The notes below the pieces were generated by a model. That model was not told the origin of the DNA. It made no database searches and worked only from the letters and a program-made list of their open reading frames with translations. The position numbers and the translations under genes were made by a program. Below, one piece after another: positions 10,130 to 18,734 of a stretch of DNA of 64,000 nucleotides (positions are counted from its first letter, which is position 1; the number at the start of each line of letters is the position of its first letter). Source of the stretch: Candidatus Rhodoferax randersensis (GTDB lineage Bacteria > Pseudomonadota > Gammaproteobacteria > Burkholderiales > Burkholderiaceae_C); the NCBI GenBank assembly GCA_016718155.1, contig JADKEH010000041.1, forward strand, positions 16,512-80,511, written 5' to 3'.

Positions 10130-11344
10130 TCAGGCGGTGGACTTGTTCCAGGTCGTCACCTGCTGCGCCACATAGGCGTTCAGCGCTGTCAGGCTCGCCA
10201 TCTGGGTATCCAGTGCCGTGTATTGTTTGCGCAGGCGCACCTCCACGGCTGCGGCGCGATCGCTAACACGGGTTTGCTCGTCCGCATTGCGATTCAAGGC
10301 CTTTCGCAGCGCATCCGCCTTGTTGGTAACTGAACCGCCCGCAGCCAGCACGCCTTTTGCCAACGCGCTGAATTTCAGGGCAAAACCATTCGTCAAAGCG
10401 TTGCTGTTGTTCGTGGTGAACAGCTTCTGCAGTTCGGTCCCGTTGTTGGCCGCGGTACTGAGCTTGGTGGTGTTGATCGATAAAGACCCGTCCAGTTGCC
10501 GCTCCACGCCAACGTCCGACAAGCGCTGGTACGCGCTGCTGCCAACACTGACGGACCCCACCATGTTGCGCAACACGTTTTGCAGTCCCAACACCGCCGA
10601 ATCCCCCTGGAATATGGAGGGGGTTTTGGTGGCCGCATCGTATTTGGTCAGGTCCGCCAATGAGGCGGCCAGGGCGTTGTAGGCGGTCACAAACGCCTGC
10701 ACGCTCTTGACCGCTGGTGTCACATCTTCACGCACCGACAAGGTGATCGGAGCCAAGACCTCCGTCCCAAGACCGTAGTTGGTGGTGGTGGTGGCCCCTA
10801 AATTGATGGTGACGCCAGGAATATTGCCCGTGAGCGTGTTGGTTTGCGAGGTAACCGCCAGGCCGTTGATACGGGCGTTGGCATTGGAGCCATATTGCAC
10901 CGGCAAGCCCGCTGTGGCCATGCCAAAGGCGCCGGTTGCAGGATCAAACGCCAAGCGGGACAGGCCATTGTTGTCATTGGTGACGCCATCGGCATCGGTC
11001 GTGGCCTGCAGCCGAAAGCCCGACGCAGTACCGGTTTCCTTGGACCGCAACAACAGGCGGTCATTGGTGCCGTCATTGAAGGGGGTGGCGACCACGCTGG
11101 AATTGGCGCTGTTGATCTTGGCGGCAAGGGTGGCAACCGTATCGCTGGCGGTGGCCGTAATGACGATGTCGGAACTGGCTCCAGAAGGCGAGAACACGCC
11201 GCCGGACCAAGCGCCCGTGCGCAGTGTCAAAGTGCCCGCGCCCACCAGCCCTCCCGCTGTCATGGTTGCCGAATTCACCGACTGCTGCTTGGCCAGGGTA
11301 TCCACGTCCAGGCTGAACGAGGTGGCGGCTGCGGTCGATGTCAC
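10130..11344 (-). CDS. fliD: Flagellar filament cap protein FliD, C-terminal 404-aa fragment (frameshifted gene)
   Basis: …TSTAAATSFSLDVDTLAKQQ… through the C-terminal coiled coil …LTALNAYVAQQVTTWNKS is FliD. No independent RBS or ATG. The frame continues from the 87-aa N-terminal fragment after a 1-nt shift. Confidence 0.85.
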   Translation of the reverse strand: MTSTAAATSFSLDVDTLAKQQSVNSATMTAGGLVGAGTLTLRTGAWSGGVFSPSGASSDIVITATASDTVATLAAKINSANSSVVATPFNDGTNDRLLLRSKETGTASGFRLQATTDADGVTNDNNGLSRLAFDPATGAFGMATAGLPVQYGSNANARINGLAVTSQTNTLTGNIPGVTINLGATTTTNYGLGTEVLAPITLSVREDVTPAVKSVQAFVTAYNALAASLADLTKYDAATKTPSIFQGDSAVLGLQNVLRNMVGSVSVGSSAYQRLSDVGVERQLDGSLSINTTKLSTAANNGTELQKLFTTNNSNALTNGFALKFSALAKGVLAAGGSVTNKADALRKALNRNADEQTRVSDRAAAVEVRLRKQYTALDTQMASLTALNAYVAQQVTTWNKSTA

Positions 11345-11604
11345 GGTGATACTGAAGCCACGCTGGCGTTGGAGCTTGACCCCGTGCGAGCGGACCAGGC
11401 GGTGGCGGAGAACATGGCCGAAGCCGCATCAGCCAAGGCCGAGAACTGCGACTGAATGGTCCCCATGGCCGATATTTGTCCCTGCACCAGGGTGGCCTTG
11501 GTCGCCAGTGCTTTCAGCGGCTGCTTCTCCAGCGCCACCAGCTGGGTGACGATGCTGTTGACATCCAGTCCACTACCGATACCTGCGGATGAAATCGTAG
11601 CCAT
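11341..11604 (-). CDS. fliD: Flagellar filament cap protein FliD, N-terminal 87-aa fragment (frameshifted gene)
   Basis: MATISSAGIGSGLDVNSIVTQLVALEKQPLKAL… is the canonical FliD N-terminus. It ends at a TGA that overlaps the start of the C-terminal frame. Confidence 0.85.
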   Translation of the reverse strand: MATISSAGIGSGLDVNSIVTQLVALEKQPLKALATKATLVQGQISAMGTIQSQFSALADAASAMFSATAWSARTGSSSNASVASVSP

Positions 11605-11692
11605 TCAAGCCTCCTGCGCCGCCAAAGACTGGACAGTGTCCCACTTTTCGCCGGGCGATAAGCCTGGAAAAGCCATTGGTTTGCCCAAACAC

Positions 11693-11726
11693 CAAAAAAC
11701 GGCGGGGAGCATTCGCTCCCCGTCGT
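11693..11726 (-). terminator. Rho-independent terminator downstream of fliC1
   Basis: Reverse strand reads CGGGGAGC-GAAT-GCTCCCCG (8-bp GC stem, 4-nt loop), then CCG and TTTTTT. Confidence 0.65.
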
Positions 11727-11731
11727 CTAGG

Positions 11732-11758
11732 TTATCGGCCACTCGGGCCGTAACTTGA
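11732..11758 (-). promoter_or_regulatory. Candidate sigma-28 (FliA) promoter for fliD
   Basis: Reverse strand reads TCAAGTTA-N11-GCCGATAA: -35 matches 6/8 and -10 matches 8/8 to the TAAAGTTT-N11-GCCGATAA consensus. Lies between the fliC1 stop and the fliD start. Confidence 0.55.
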
Positions 11759-11787
11759 GCGCCTAAACGCTTTGGGCTCCCGCCTTT

Positions 11788-12504
11788 TTACCGCAACAGA
11801 GCCAACACGCCCTGCGGCAACTGGTTGGCCTGCGCCACCATTGCGGTGCCAGCCTGTTGCAGGATCTGGGCACGCGACAGGTTGGCGGTTTCGGCCGCGA
11901 AGTCCGCATCCTGAATCCGTGAGCGCGAGGCGCTCAGGTTGTCCGACGTGGTGCGCAAGTTGGAAATGGTCGTGTCGAAGCGAGACTGCAAGGCACCGAA
12001 GCTGGCGCGTTGGCCGTTGACGGTAGACAAAGCGGAATCCACAGTGCTCAAGGTGCGGGTTGCGGCATCGACTGTTGACACGTCCAAAGTACTTGCCGCC
12101 TGTAGCTGGCTGGCGCCGCTTGCGCCAAGAAGGTAGCCAGTTTTGGTAGCGTTGACGCCCGTCACGGTGGACGCGACGCCGAAGGTTTTGTCAGAGTCAA
12201 TCGTCAACGATCCGGTGACATAGGCGCTAGTCACCGCCGTTGCAGCACCACCCGAACCGGCAATACCCGCCTGCGCGCCAACGGTTATGAGGCTGGCCGC
12301 CGCCGAGCGGTTGCTTATCAAAATATCGTTGCCGGCTGCATTGGTCAGCGTAATGCCGTCACCTGCCACATTGAGTTTGGCAGTCACGCCCGTCTGTGAG
12401 CTCTTGTCATTGAACGCTGTAATGGCAGCAGCCAAGCCATCGGCATTGTTGGCTGCGCCTATTGAAAACGACACGTTTACGGCAGTCGTAGCATTGTCGG
12501 ACAA
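11788..12504 (-). CDS. fliC: Flagellin FliC paralogue 1, C-terminal fragment (frameshifted gene)
   Basis: …[33 protein letters not shown]… through the conserved C-terminus …[45 protein letters not shown]. Collinear with residues about 275-511 of the intact paralogue at 13773-15308. Confidence 0.88.
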   Translation of the reverse strand: MSDNATTAVNVSFSIGAANNADGLAAAITAFNDKSSQTGVTAKLNVAGDGITLTNAAGNDILISNRSAAASLITVGAQAGIAGSGGAATAVTSAYVTGSLTIDSDKTFGVASTVTGVNATKTGYLLGASGASQLQAASTLDVSTVDAATRTLSTVDSALSTVNGQRASFGALQSRFDTTISNLRTTSDNLSASRSRIQDADFAAETANLSRAQILQQAGTAMVAQANQLPQGVLALLR

Positions 12505-13340
12505 AATGTCAGAGAATAGCTAGCGTTTGCGACAAACGTTTTGGCATCGATTTCCGTGCGTGCCGTTGCCGTCACACCAGTGCTGCCTGTCTTGGCATTG
12601 ATCAGGGCCGCGGCCGTTTTGGCGCTGTCACCGTCGGCGATAACCACTGTTGCAGAGCCAGCGGAGCCATTGATGGTCATTGTTTCGCCAAGGATGGAGC
12701 TGCCGGTGGCTCCGAGGGCTACTGCGGCCGCGACAATGGAGGCTGATGTGGTTGTACCTGCGGTTGCTCCTGCCACCAAATCACCTACACCACCAGCTGT
12801 AGTCGCAACTACAGAGCCCATGCGGTTGTTACCGTACTTGCTGGTGCTGAAATTGGCGGTGGTTGCCGTAATGGTCTGGTTGGCGTTGGCGCCCACCTGG
12901 AACGTGGCGGAGCCAAAGCTGCCATCGAGCAGCTTCTGACCGTTGAACTCCGTGGTCTTGGCAATACGGTCCAACTCCGAGGTGAGTTGACCCACTTCCG
13001 CATTCAGGGCAGCCCGGTCACTGGCCGAATTCGTGGCGTTGGCCGACTGCACCGCCAGCTCACGCACCCGCTGCAGGATCGTGCCGGCCGCGCCCAGCGC
13101 GCCTTCTGCCGTTTGCGCCAAGGAAATACCGTCGTTGGCGTTACGCGCTGCCTGGCTCAGGCCACGAATTTGGGAGGTCATGCGCTCCGAAATGTTCAAG
13201 CCTGCTGCATCGTCCCGTGCGCTGTTGATACGCAAACCCGAGGACAGCCGCTGCATCGAGGTGGACAGCGACGCTTGCGATGAATTGAGGTTGCGCTGTG
13301 CGGTGAGCGAATTGATATTGCTGTTGATGCTGGATGACAT
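12477..13340 (-). CDS. fliC: Flagellin FliC paralogue 1, N-terminal fragment (frameshifted gene)
   Basis: ATG at 13340 with an [56 protein letters not shown]… is the flagellin N-domain. After …[13 protein letters not shown] it reads out of frame ([10 protein letters not shown]). Confidence 0.88.
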   Translation of the reverse strand: MSSSINSNINSLTAQRNLNSSQASLSTSMQRLSSGLRINSARDDAAGLNISERMTSQIRGLSQAARNANDGISLAQTAEGALGAAGTILQRVRELAVQSANATNSASDRAALNAEVGQLTSELDRIAKTTEFNGQKLLDGSFGSATFQVGANANQTITATTANFSTSKYGNNRMGSVVATTAGGVGDLVAGATAGTTTSASIVAAAVALGATGSSILGETMTINGSAGSATVVIADGDSAKTAAALINAKTGSTGVTATARTEIDAKTFVANASYSLTFCPTMLRLP

Positions 13341-13477
13341 GTGATAACTCCTGAAAGGTACTCTCTTAATCCGGCGAATTGCCGATCTCAACGCCAGCAT
13401 TGCTACTGGCCGCCATGACCGGTGTGCCACCCCTGGCACCTCCCGGACGACAGGTTTGTTATGACCCGTTGTAAGTG

Positions 13478-13504
13478 TTTTCGGTCTGTCGGCAGGAAAC
13501 TTTA
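13478..13504 (-). promoter_or_regulatory. Sigma-28 (FliA) class III promoter for fliC1
   Basis: Reverse strand reads TAAAGTTT-N11-ACCGAAAA: -35 matches 8/8 and -10 matches 6/8 to the consensus. Lies about 140 nt upstream of the fliC1 ATG. Confidence 0.65.
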
Positions 13505-13772
13505 GTCACTTCCCACACAACCCGCGCTACCACGGGTGATTCATCGGGAAATTGGGAAACAGCGGCTCTTTACGGTCCATTTCTCGTGTTCGAAGGCCTG
13601 TCGCCTTCGGGATCGCCTGCTTGGCGCGAATTAGCTGGGCTTTTCCCACGTTTATTGGCGAATCATCTCTGGATGACTTCTCCACAATTTGCCCATCGAT
13701 ACCACTTGTCTGCGGCTTGGCAGACTTTGAAATCGGCGGTGACACCGATTTAAACCTTTAAGGAGTTATGCC

Positions 13773-15308
13773 GTGGCCTCAACCATCAATACCAACGTCA
13801 ATTCGCTCACCGCACAGCGCAACCTCAATTCGTCGCAAGCTTCGCTGGCGACAGCCATGCAGCGCCTGTCATCCGGTTTGCGCATCAACAGCGCCAAGGA
13901 CGATGCTGCGGGCTTGGCCATCAGCGATCGCATGACTTCACAGATTCGCGGCTCCAATCAGGCGGCACGCAACGCCAACGACGGCATTTCTCTCGCGCAA
14001 GTGGCAGAAGGCGCGCTGGGTGCCGCCGGCACGATTCTGCAGCGGGTGCGTGAACTGGCGGTGCAATCTGCCAATGCCACCAACTCGGCCAGCGACCGCG
14101 CTGCCCTGAATGCGGAGGTCGGTCAGCTCACTTCGGAGCTGGATCGCATTGCCAAGACCACGGAGTTCAACGGACAGAAGCTGCTCGATGGCAGTTTTGG
14201 CTCCGCCACGTTCCAGGTGGGCGCCAACGCCAACCAGACCATCATCGCAACCACAGCCAATTTCAGCACCAGCAAGTACGGCAACAACCGCATTGGTTCC
14301 GTGGCGGCAGCCACTGCAGGCGCGGTTGGCGATTTGGTGACAGGCAGTGCTTTGGGCGCGGCTCCGTCCACAGCAGTAGCATCGCTGACCGGCACGATTG
14401 CTGCCGATGCCACGTTCAAGATCAACGGGGCCACGGGCAGTTACACCGTGGGCGTCGCTGCCCTATCCAGCGCGAGGACCGTCGCAGCCAACATCAATGC
14501 CCAAGCCGGAACCACCAGTGTCACCGCCACGGCCCGCACCACCATTGACGCGAAGACCTTCGTGGCGAACGCCAGCTACTCGCTGCAGGTAACCTCAGAC
14601 AACAGTACTACACCCGTTTCGGTAGCATTCACGGTCGGTGCGGCTAACAATGCAGACGGCTTGGCCGCAGCCATCAATGCGTTCAACGACAAGACCTCTC
14701 AAACCGGTGTGACTGCAAAACTCAATGCGGCGGGCGATGGCATCACGCTAACCAACGAGTCTGGCAACAACATCCTGATCGGCAACCAATCGGCTGCGGC
14801 GAGCACGCTGACGGTAGGAGCGATTGCGGGCATTGTGGGTTCGGCGGGTGCGGCGGTCATTGCGGCCAATGCGGCATTTGTGACCGGATCGCTGACACTG
14901 GATTCTGACAAGACGTTCGGAATTGCGCATGCCAATGCTGCCGCAGGCGTAAGCTACTTCGCTGCGGCCACCAGTGGATCCAGCCAGTTGCAGGCGGCGA
15001 GCACCCTGGATGTCTCGACGGTGGATTCCGCAACGCGAACCTTGTCAACAGTGGACTCTTCACTGGCGACCGTGAATGGGCAGCGCGCCAGCTTCGGCGC
15101 CCTTCAGTCGCGCTTTGAAACCACGATTTCGAACCTGCAGACAACCGCGGAGAACTTGAGTGCATCGCGCTCGCGCATCCAGGACGCAGACTTTGCCTTG
15201 GAAACCGCCAACCTATCGCGTGCCCAGATCCTGCAGCAGGCTGGCACCGCCATGGTGGCCCAAGCCAATCAGATCCCGCAAGGTGTGCTGGCACTGCTGC
15301 GCCAGTAG
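13773..15308 (+). CDS. fliC: Flagellin FliC paralogue 2 (intact)
   Basis: 511 aa. GTG start 7 nt after an AGGAG RBS. Conserved flagellin N- and C-terminal domains flank an Ala/Thr/Gly-rich central region. Confidence 0.94.
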   Translation: MASTINTNVNSLTAQRNLNSSQASLATAMQRLSSGLRINSAKDDAAGLAISDRMTSQIRGSNQAARNANDGISLAQVAEGALGAAGTILQRVRELAVQSANATNSASDRAALNAEVGQLTSELDRIAKTTEFNGQKLLDGSFGSATFQVGANANQTIIATTANFSTSKYGNNRIGSVAAATAGAVGDLVTGSALGAAPSTAVASLTGTIAADATFKINGATGSYTVGVAALSSARTVAANINAQAGTTSVTATARTTIDAKTFVANASYSLQVTSDNSTTPVSVAFTVGAANNADGLAAAINAFNDKTSQTGVTAKLNAAGDGITLTNESGNNILIGNQSAAASTLTVGAIAGIVGSAGAAVIAANAAFVTGSLTLDSDKTFGIAHANAAAGVSYFAAATSGSSQLQAASTLDVSTVDSATRTLSTVDSSLATVNGQRASFGALQSRFETTISNLQTTAENLSASRSRIQDADFALETANLSRAQILQQAGTAMVAQANQIPQGVLALLRQ

Positions 15309-15340
15309 GCGCAACGCGACCCCAGGTCGTGCCAAAGTCA

Positions 15341-15376
15341 AAACGCAACCCGCTTCGGCGGGTTGCGTTTTTTTGT
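15341..15376 (+). terminator. Rho-independent terminator of fliC2
   Basis: AACGCAACCCGC-TTCG-GCGGGTTGCGTT (12-bp perfect stem, TTCG loop) followed by a T-run, about 35 nt after the stop codon. Confidence 0.9.
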
Positions 15377-15504
15377 CCAGACAAGCGCCGACTCTCATTG
15401 AACGGCCAGGCCAGCATGCACTCGCCAAGGTGCGCGCGGGCGCAGGACTGACCGCCTGAAGCGGCACGACCCTACTCAGGGGCGCCCACCAATGGCCAAA
15501 TAGA

Positions 15505-15518
15505 TAAAATATATTTTA
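15505..15518. promoter_or_regulatory. Perfect 14-bp AT palindrome upstream of hipB (candidate operator or promoter element)
   Basis: TAAAATATATTTTA is self-complementary. It sits in a locally AT-rich stretch (about 15490-15600), 42 nt upstream of the hipB ATG. Confidence 0.3.
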
Positions 15519-15559
15519 ATGGTTGTTATTTGCATAGAGATGGCATTTAATTCATCCAA

Positions 15560-15871
15560 ATGGTTTTTACACTTTCATCGCACATCGAAATATTGAGCAC
15601 CCTGGGCGCCCGCCTGCGGGCGCAGCGCCTGGCGCAAGCCCTGCCGCAACGCGATCTGGCGCACATGGCCGGGTTGTCCTTGGGCGCCCTGCGCAAGCTG
15701 GAGCAAGACGGACAGTGCTCACTGGAGACGCTGGTGCGGGTGGTGCATGCACTGGGACTGGCGAATGAGTTGGAAGACCTGTTTGTGCTCAAGCGCCAGT
15801 CCATCGCCCAGATGGAGCAGGCACAGGCCGTGCAACAACGCCAACGCGCTCCGCGCAGAAAAGCCCCATGA
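15560..15871 (+). CDS. hipB: XRE-family HTH antitoxin (HipB-like)
   Basis: 103 aa. The HTH region LRAQRLAQALPQRDLAHMAGLSLGALRKLEQDGQCSLETLVRV is Cro/C1-type. Its stop overlaps the hipA start (ATGA). Confidence 0.8.
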   Translation: MVFTLSSHIEILSTLGARLRAQRLAQALPQRDLAHMAGLSLGALRKLEQDGQCSLETLVRVVHALGLANELEDLFVLKRQSIAQMEQAQAVQQRQRAPRRKAP

Positions 15872-17096
15872 AGCAACTCACCGTTCACTACTGCGGCTGG
15901 GGCGAAGACTGGCCTATGGGGCGCTTGGCCGATGACGGCCAGACCCTGCTGTTCGAGTATTGCGCCGAAGCCTTGGCCCAAGGTCTGGAGCTCTCCCCCC
16001 TGCACCTCAAACTGCGCGCGCAGGCCTATGGCGGCTTTCCCGCGCATCTGCAACGCCTGCCTGGCATGGTGACCGACAGCCTGCCCGACGGTTGGGGCTT
16101 GCTGCTGATGGACCGCCTGTTTCGCCAGCAGGGTTATCGCCACCCCGGACCGCTGGATCGCCTTGCCTTCATCGGCAACAGAGGGATGGGCGCACTGCGT
16201 TTTGTTCCCGCCCAAGACGCTGACGCAGAAGAACCAGACTGGGATCTTCTGGCGCTGGCAGAGGAAAGCGCGCGTGCTCTCAACGACGACGCAGGTGCCG
16301 CCTTGCGTGAGCTGGCACTTGCGGGCGGCTCCCCCCAGGGCGCCAGGCCCAAGGCCCTGGTGCAATATGACGCGACCAGCGACCAAGTCAGCACCCGCCC
16401 AGATGCCTCGGGCAGCCCTTGGCTGGTGAAGTTTCCCGCCCAGGGCGAACACAGGGAAGTCTGCGCCATTGAGCAGCTCTATGCTGAGTTGGCCCGCAGT
16501 TGTGGGCTGGAGGTGCCCGAGAGCCGATATTTCGACATCGGAGCCGGCCTGGCTGCCTTTGGCGTGGCGCGCTTCGACCGTGAGCAGGGCCTACGCGTAC
16601 CGATACACAGCCTGGCCGGCCTGCTGCACGTGGATTTTCGCCTGCCATCTGCCAGCGACTACACCACCCTCCTGCGTGCCACCCGCATGCTGACCCATGA
16701 CGAACGCGAAGTGGAGAAGGCCTATGCCCGCGCCGTGTTCAACGTGCTCTTTCACAACCGGGACGATCACCCGAAAAACTTCGCGTGGCGGCTGGGCCGC
16801 GACCGGCGCTGGCGTCTGGCCCCGGCCTTTGATCTGACCTTCAGCGAGGGCCCGATGGGCCAGCACCATATGGACGTGTGCGGAGAAGGCGCCGCAATCA
16901 ACCGCTTGCACCTGCTGCGGCTGGCAAAGGAAGGCGGCGTGCAACAGAAAACTGCACAAGACGTCATCGCACAAATGTTGTCGCAGGCATCCGGCATTGC
17001 CCAACGGCTGACCGCATTCGCGATCCGCCGGGCAACGGCCCAGAGGATCCAATCGGCGATTGAAACCTGCCGCAAGCGCTTGAGAACGGTTGAATA
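15868..17096 (+). CDS. hipA: HipA-family serine/threonine kinase toxin (3' end not definable)
   Basis: HipA N-terminal coupling domain (…LPGMVTDSLPDGWGLLLMDRLF…) and C-terminal kinase domain (…VFNVLFHNRDDHPKNFAWRL…LAPAFDLTFS…). Homology ends near 17090. The formal ORF then reads through a homopolymer block to 17622 and overlaps flhD. Confidence 0.8.
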
Positions 17097-17190
17097 CCCC
17101 CCCCCCCGGGGGCGGGCGGGGGGGCGGGGCGCCGGGGCGGGACGCAAGCCCCAGGGCGGAGAAGAGAGGGGCGAAAAGGACCGGACCCCC
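17097..17190. repeat. Low-complexity G/C homopolymer block A
   Basis: CCCCCCCCCCCGGGGGCGGGCGGGGGGCGGGGCGCCGGGGCGGG… begins where the hipA stop codon is expected. Confidence 0.9.
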
Positions 17191-17407
17191 CGTCGCAGGC
17201 CTGTTTGGAGTGCCAGCTATATTCCCGCATTCACACCAGCCCAAGGGCTCTGCCACCCCTACCGAACGTACGAATTTGCCCTACACGCACGGGCCGCCAC
17301 CCCTACGCCCCAGGCAGCCATTTCCCGATTCAAGTTTTTGACCACGCGTTCAGAATCAACTCCATCGCGACCCAAAGGGCCGCCCTCATCGATACCAGGA
17401 GTCCATC

Positions 17408-17734
17408 ATGAACAGCGAACAGATGCAAAAGGAAATCCGAGACGCCAACGTCACCTATTTGATGCTGGCACAGAACCTGATTCGTGCCGACAAGGCGGAA
17501 GCTCAGTTTCGCCTGGGCGTGTCGGAAGAATCGGCCGACATCATTGCCGGCCTGTCGCCGGCCCAAATCCTGAAGATTGCCTCCGGCAACATGCTGCTGT
17601 GCCGCTTCCGGGTGGACGATGACGTGGTCTGGAATCTGCTCACCAACCACACCCCCAGCAAGGTGGACAACGACGCCACCGCAAAACTTCACGCCAGCAT
17701 TCTGATGGCGGGGCGCTTCTCTGAAGCAGTCTGA
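17408..17734 (+). CDS. flhD: Flagellar master regulator subunit FlhD
   Basis: 108 aa. …IRDANVTYLMLAQNLIRADKAEAQFRLGVSEESADIIAGLSPAQILKIASGNMLLCRFR… is the FlhD fold signature. Confidence 0.92.
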   Translation: MNSEQMQKEIRDANVTYLMLAQNLIRADKAEAQFRLGVSEESADIIAGLSPAQILKIASGNMLLCRFRVDDDVVWNLLTNHTPSKVDNDATAKLHASILMAGRFSEAV

Positions 17735-17808
17735 AGCCTGGCGAATCCGGCCTTCAGTGCTGACTCCAACTGATCATTGACCCTTCCCAACTGCATGACA
17801 TCAGAACC

Positions 17809-18000
17809 CGTCATTGCGAGTCTCCCGAATCCGGGCGGATACCGCACTCGGACCTTGAACCAGCATCGTCATCGCGAGGCCGCAGGCCGTGGCGATCCAT
17901 GCATCTTCTTGCAGGGTCATGGATTCAGGAGTCCTGGATTGCTTCACTGCGTTCGCAATGACGACCTGTTCATGGAAAGCGTAGCGCGGCAATGACGACG
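17809..18000. repeat. REP-like palindromic repeat cluster 1 (composite element in the flhD-flhC spacer)
   Basis: Unit CGTCATCGCGAGGCCGCAGGCCGTGGCGATCCATG (17867-17901) faces its inverted partner CTGGATTGCTTCACTGCGTTCGCAATGACG (17934-17963). Extra partial units sit at both ends. The same composite recurs at about 31850 and, inverted, at about 39360-39438. Confidence 0.9.
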
Positions 18001-18040
18001 CGCCGTCCTGAATTCCCGAAGTCTCCATAGAAAGAACACC

Positions 18041-18577
18041 ATGGCCACCAAAAGCGTACTCAATGATTCTCGTCAGGTTGACCGTGCCGTGGCACTGATC
18101 AACCTCGGTGCCCGCCTGCAGGTGCTGGAGAGCGAAACCGACCTCAGCTACGAGCGCTTGCTGCGCTTGTACAAAGAGGTGGCCGGGCGCTCGCCCTCCA
18201 AGGGCCAGTTGCCGTTCTCGACCGATTGGTTCCTGACCTGGCAACCCAACATCCATGCGTCATTGTTCCTCAACACCTACGAGTACCTCAGCAAGACCAG
18301 CGCCCTGGAGGACATCGATGCGATCATGAAAGCCTACCGGCTGTACAGCGAGCAAATCGCCGCCTGCTCGGTGGAGCCCCTGCTGTCCATCACCCGTGCC
18401 TGGCGCCTGGTCAAGTTCGTGGACAACAACATGCTGGCCATGACCAAGTGCTCAAAGTGTGGCGGCCACTTTGTGACCGAGCCCTACGAGAACGCCCGCC
18501 ACTACGAATGCGGCCTGTGCACGCCCCCGGCCCGGGCCGGCAAGAGTACCAGCGCTGGTGGAATCCTGCTGCATTGA
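18041..18577 (+). CDS. flhC: Flagellar master regulator subunit FlhC
   Basis: 178 aa. …AVALINLGARLQVLESETDLSYERLLRLYKEV… plus the zinc site CSKCGGHF…CGLC typical of FlhC. Confidence 0.93.
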   Translation: MATKSVLNDSRQVDRAVALINLGARLQVLESETDLSYERLLRLYKEVAGRSPSKGQLPFSTDWFLTWQPNIHASLFLNTYEYLSKTSALEDIDAIMKAYRLYSEQIAACSVEPLLSITRAWRLVKFVDNNMLAMTKCSKCGGHFVTEPYENARHYECGLCTPPARAGKSTSAGGILLH

Positions 18578-18734
18578 CGCGCCCGGGGGGGCGCGCCAAA
18601 CTCCCAATAAGGGCCTGTTCACGGTCCTTTTCTCTTTCCGGGATCGGCGTTTGTTGCCTAGAATGGCTCATCGCAAGCTATAGTGGCCCGCAACGGCCAA
18701 GGCTTCGGCTGCTCATTTCGGCTCAGCACAACAC

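Noticed and set aside
13721-13752. Possible sigma-28 promoter for fliC2 (…CAGACTTTGAAATCGGCGGTGACACCGATTTA…).
   Set aside because: The -10-like ACCGATTT is only about 20 nt from the GTG start. No acceptable TAAA(GTTT) lies at the right spacing. The match is too weak to annotate.
17097-17622. C-terminal 175-aa extension of the hipA ORF that overlaps flhD.
   Set aside because: HipA homology ends at about 17090. The extension starts in homopolymer block A and overlaps a well-supported flhD in another frame.
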